From Antedon mediterranea (taxonomy: Eukaryota; Animalia; Echinodermata): DNA of 64,000 bases. The notes beneath the pieces are model-generated. The model saw nothing but the letters and a program-made list of their open reading frames with translations. It searched no databases and was not told the DNA's origin. Location of the stretch: assembly GCF_964355755.1 (NCBI RefSeq), contig NC_092677.1, forward strand, positions 4,114,101 through 4,178,100, written 5' to 3'. The position numbers and the translations under genes were made by a program. The first letter of the stretch is position 1. Every line of letters begins with the position of its first letter. Shown here one piece after another: positions 61,701 to 64,000 of the stretch.

Positions 61701-64000
61701 GGACTATCCAAACTGTTGCGTTGTTCCTACTGTACGTTTGTTGCGATGTGTCCGATGTGGAAACTACGCTTAATTCTTTTGCGTTCAAATGTGTGTGAAA
61801 CAGTATACTGTACATGATTCAGCCACTGTCACTCATCAAGAGGGCCCCTTGATTGTCAGCATAGGTTGTTTAGGGTCACCCTCTATAAATAAGGTGTAAT
61901 AAAATAATAAATAAAAAACTAAAAATAAATTCTGTTAGAAAGAACCGAGACACATTTTCCTGAAGTGCCCTTTTCAGCAACAGTTCTAGTAAAATAGGCC
62001 TAACTCATCACAATCCTATACATGGCCAGCAGACAAATGTACTTTCATCTACACTAGATAACAGCCTACTTTCTTCCGTTTTGCCAAATGTAGAAAAATC
62101 CTGGCTACCAGGCTTGTAAACTTTTCAGTATTTCACAAAAATCATTTTGAGCTTGTTGGGAACAAATTTGTAATTAAAATGGGGCAGAAAAAGTTGGTAC
62201 AAAATAAAATTGTAGCAATTATTTACGAATATCCGTTGGTGAAACCTTTAAAATGTAGACCTATAGTAACTATCCTACTTGATTGCAATTTGAAGGTAAT
62301 TAATTAAACATGTTTACTTTAATTAAAATTGAATTATTTTAAAAGTGATGGAATCATAATATTATTTTGTGATAAATAATTGTGTTATTTTTGTTCAATC
62401 AATATGTAGAAACAAGGAGAATAAATGTATAGGTCCATAGAGAATTGTATTGTTAATTGATGAAAATGAGGCACAGCGAGTATAACGTTCTTGACTTTCA
62501 GAATTCTACATGAACCATGCAGTTTGAATATTAATAAACATTTAATAAACAAAAAACAATTAAATTAGGATTAATAGACTCATGAGGTCAAGGTGAAATA
62601 CCTTCAAGAAAGGCTGGCATCTTCTCAATTCAGTGTAATAATAATATTCAAGCATTTAATAATTTATTTGTAGAAATTTGTCAGTGAAGAGTTTTAATTG
62701 ATTGAATCATGTGATGGGTTAACAAAGTTGTTGGTTATTTTAGTAATATAGTACCTGTCAGCAACCCATGCGCACACCTTGAAAAAGTTCCTAAATATCC
62801 TAAATATTCCCTATCCCACTGCCATTAACATTTACTCATTTTTTTTTAGATCTTAGGAAGATTTTGTTTATGTTTATCTTGGTTGACTTGGTTGAACCAA
62901 ATCCTGCACCAAAATTGTGTTCAACACTATTTTACAAGGGTTTTATGTCGAAGCTGGTCATTAGGGACCCTCAAAACAATACAATTTTAACAAATGATAC
63001 TAATGAAAAAAACACTTTGACAACAGCTATAATTACAATTTAAATATCTGTGCACATGTGTGAAGCAGTTTTCACCGGATAATAACACTTCAAATGTAGA
63101 ATCAAGGTTGTTTTAGGACAGTCGAGATATAATACAAATAAGTCAAAAAACTTACATAAACCTGAAATATTCCAATTGCCAGCTTCTTTTTACCAATGGC
63201 AATGTAGAGCAGGAAGTTGAAAAGTACATCCACTATGCCACTTCAAATCAATATTTTGCTACTCCTCCTCCTCCTCCAAAACGTTTTTTTCTCTTCTCTT
63301 CACAGTTTACGATTTCCAAAATAATAATAATTACGACTTATTGTTCTCAAGAAAGAAAATGCCATCTATCTAGCATCTTTTCCCTGGTCTATCCATCGCT
63401 GTTGTCAATTATTATATATCAGTAGAGAAGTACAGTTGTTGGCTCTCTCACAGGGCCACACATCTGAAGTAGGAAAAGCAAAATTCCTTTTGACACACTA
63501 TATGGTCTGTTCCATTTATCATGCAGGGGTGTACACTCACGATTCAAGTTTATTCTGAGAAAAAAAAATCAGTTTTAATACGCATTAGGTATAATCTTTA
63601 TAATCTTAATCTAAATTACAATGATAAACAAATGGTATCTCTACTTGATTTATAAACTATATATTTGTGTTGGAAAATTAACAATTATTAAGTGTGTACA
63701 TAAGGTGTTACTGTACTATTTACACTATCATCAAACGCTAGTATAAATTATACATTTTCAATTAAACTTAATAGTTTGAGAGAAACATGCAGGAGTAATT
63801 ATATAATTCTCAAAGGTACAATTGTAAGATCATAACAATATCAAGTTGATATCAGTAAGCTAATAACAATGTTGATAAAGTATAATTGATAATGTTCCAT
63901 AATATTGTATCGATAAAGAAAAGTTTAAAAAAAAATCATGTGAAAATGATTTACACTATATCGAACCATAATAATGTTTTACCCCCTTTGAGACATCCCT

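Noticed and set aside
56700-64000. Upstream non-coding exon or promoter of the cyclase, or another gene
   Set aside because: No exon chain or recognisable protein motif found; the TSS cannot be placed from sequence alone.

Overview
AT-rich, intron-containing animal (probably invertebrate) genomic DNA, not prokaryotic. The main feature is a minus-strand transmembrane adenylyl cyclase of the AC2/4/7 group. I reconstructed it by hand as 23 GT-AG coding exons (42875->2775) with consistent phases, 3438 nt / ~1145 aa, and intact C1 and C2 catalytic residues. The introns and upstream region are full of mobile DNA: one apparently intact CR1-clade LINE (PHD ORF1 + APE/RT ORF2), truncated CR1, Rex1/L2-like and RTE LINEs, tRNA-derived SINEs, ~13 Harbinger-like MITEs, hAT and IS3EU-like MITEs, minisatellites, and a 5-kb nest of three Helentron/Helitron2-like non-autonomous elements. 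Most notable: (1) LINE ORF2 has no AUG before its endonuclease domain and overlaps ORF1 in the +1 frame exactly at a UUU_CGU motif, the known +1 ribosomal frameshift signal. (2) The Helentron nest carries nine perfect CRE palindromes (TGACGTCA) on a ~178-bp lattice upstream of an adenylyl cyclase. (3) The cyclase has an in-frame multi-AUG uORF and a duplicated splice acceptor that leads to a stop. All calls were made by eye; no database searches were run.
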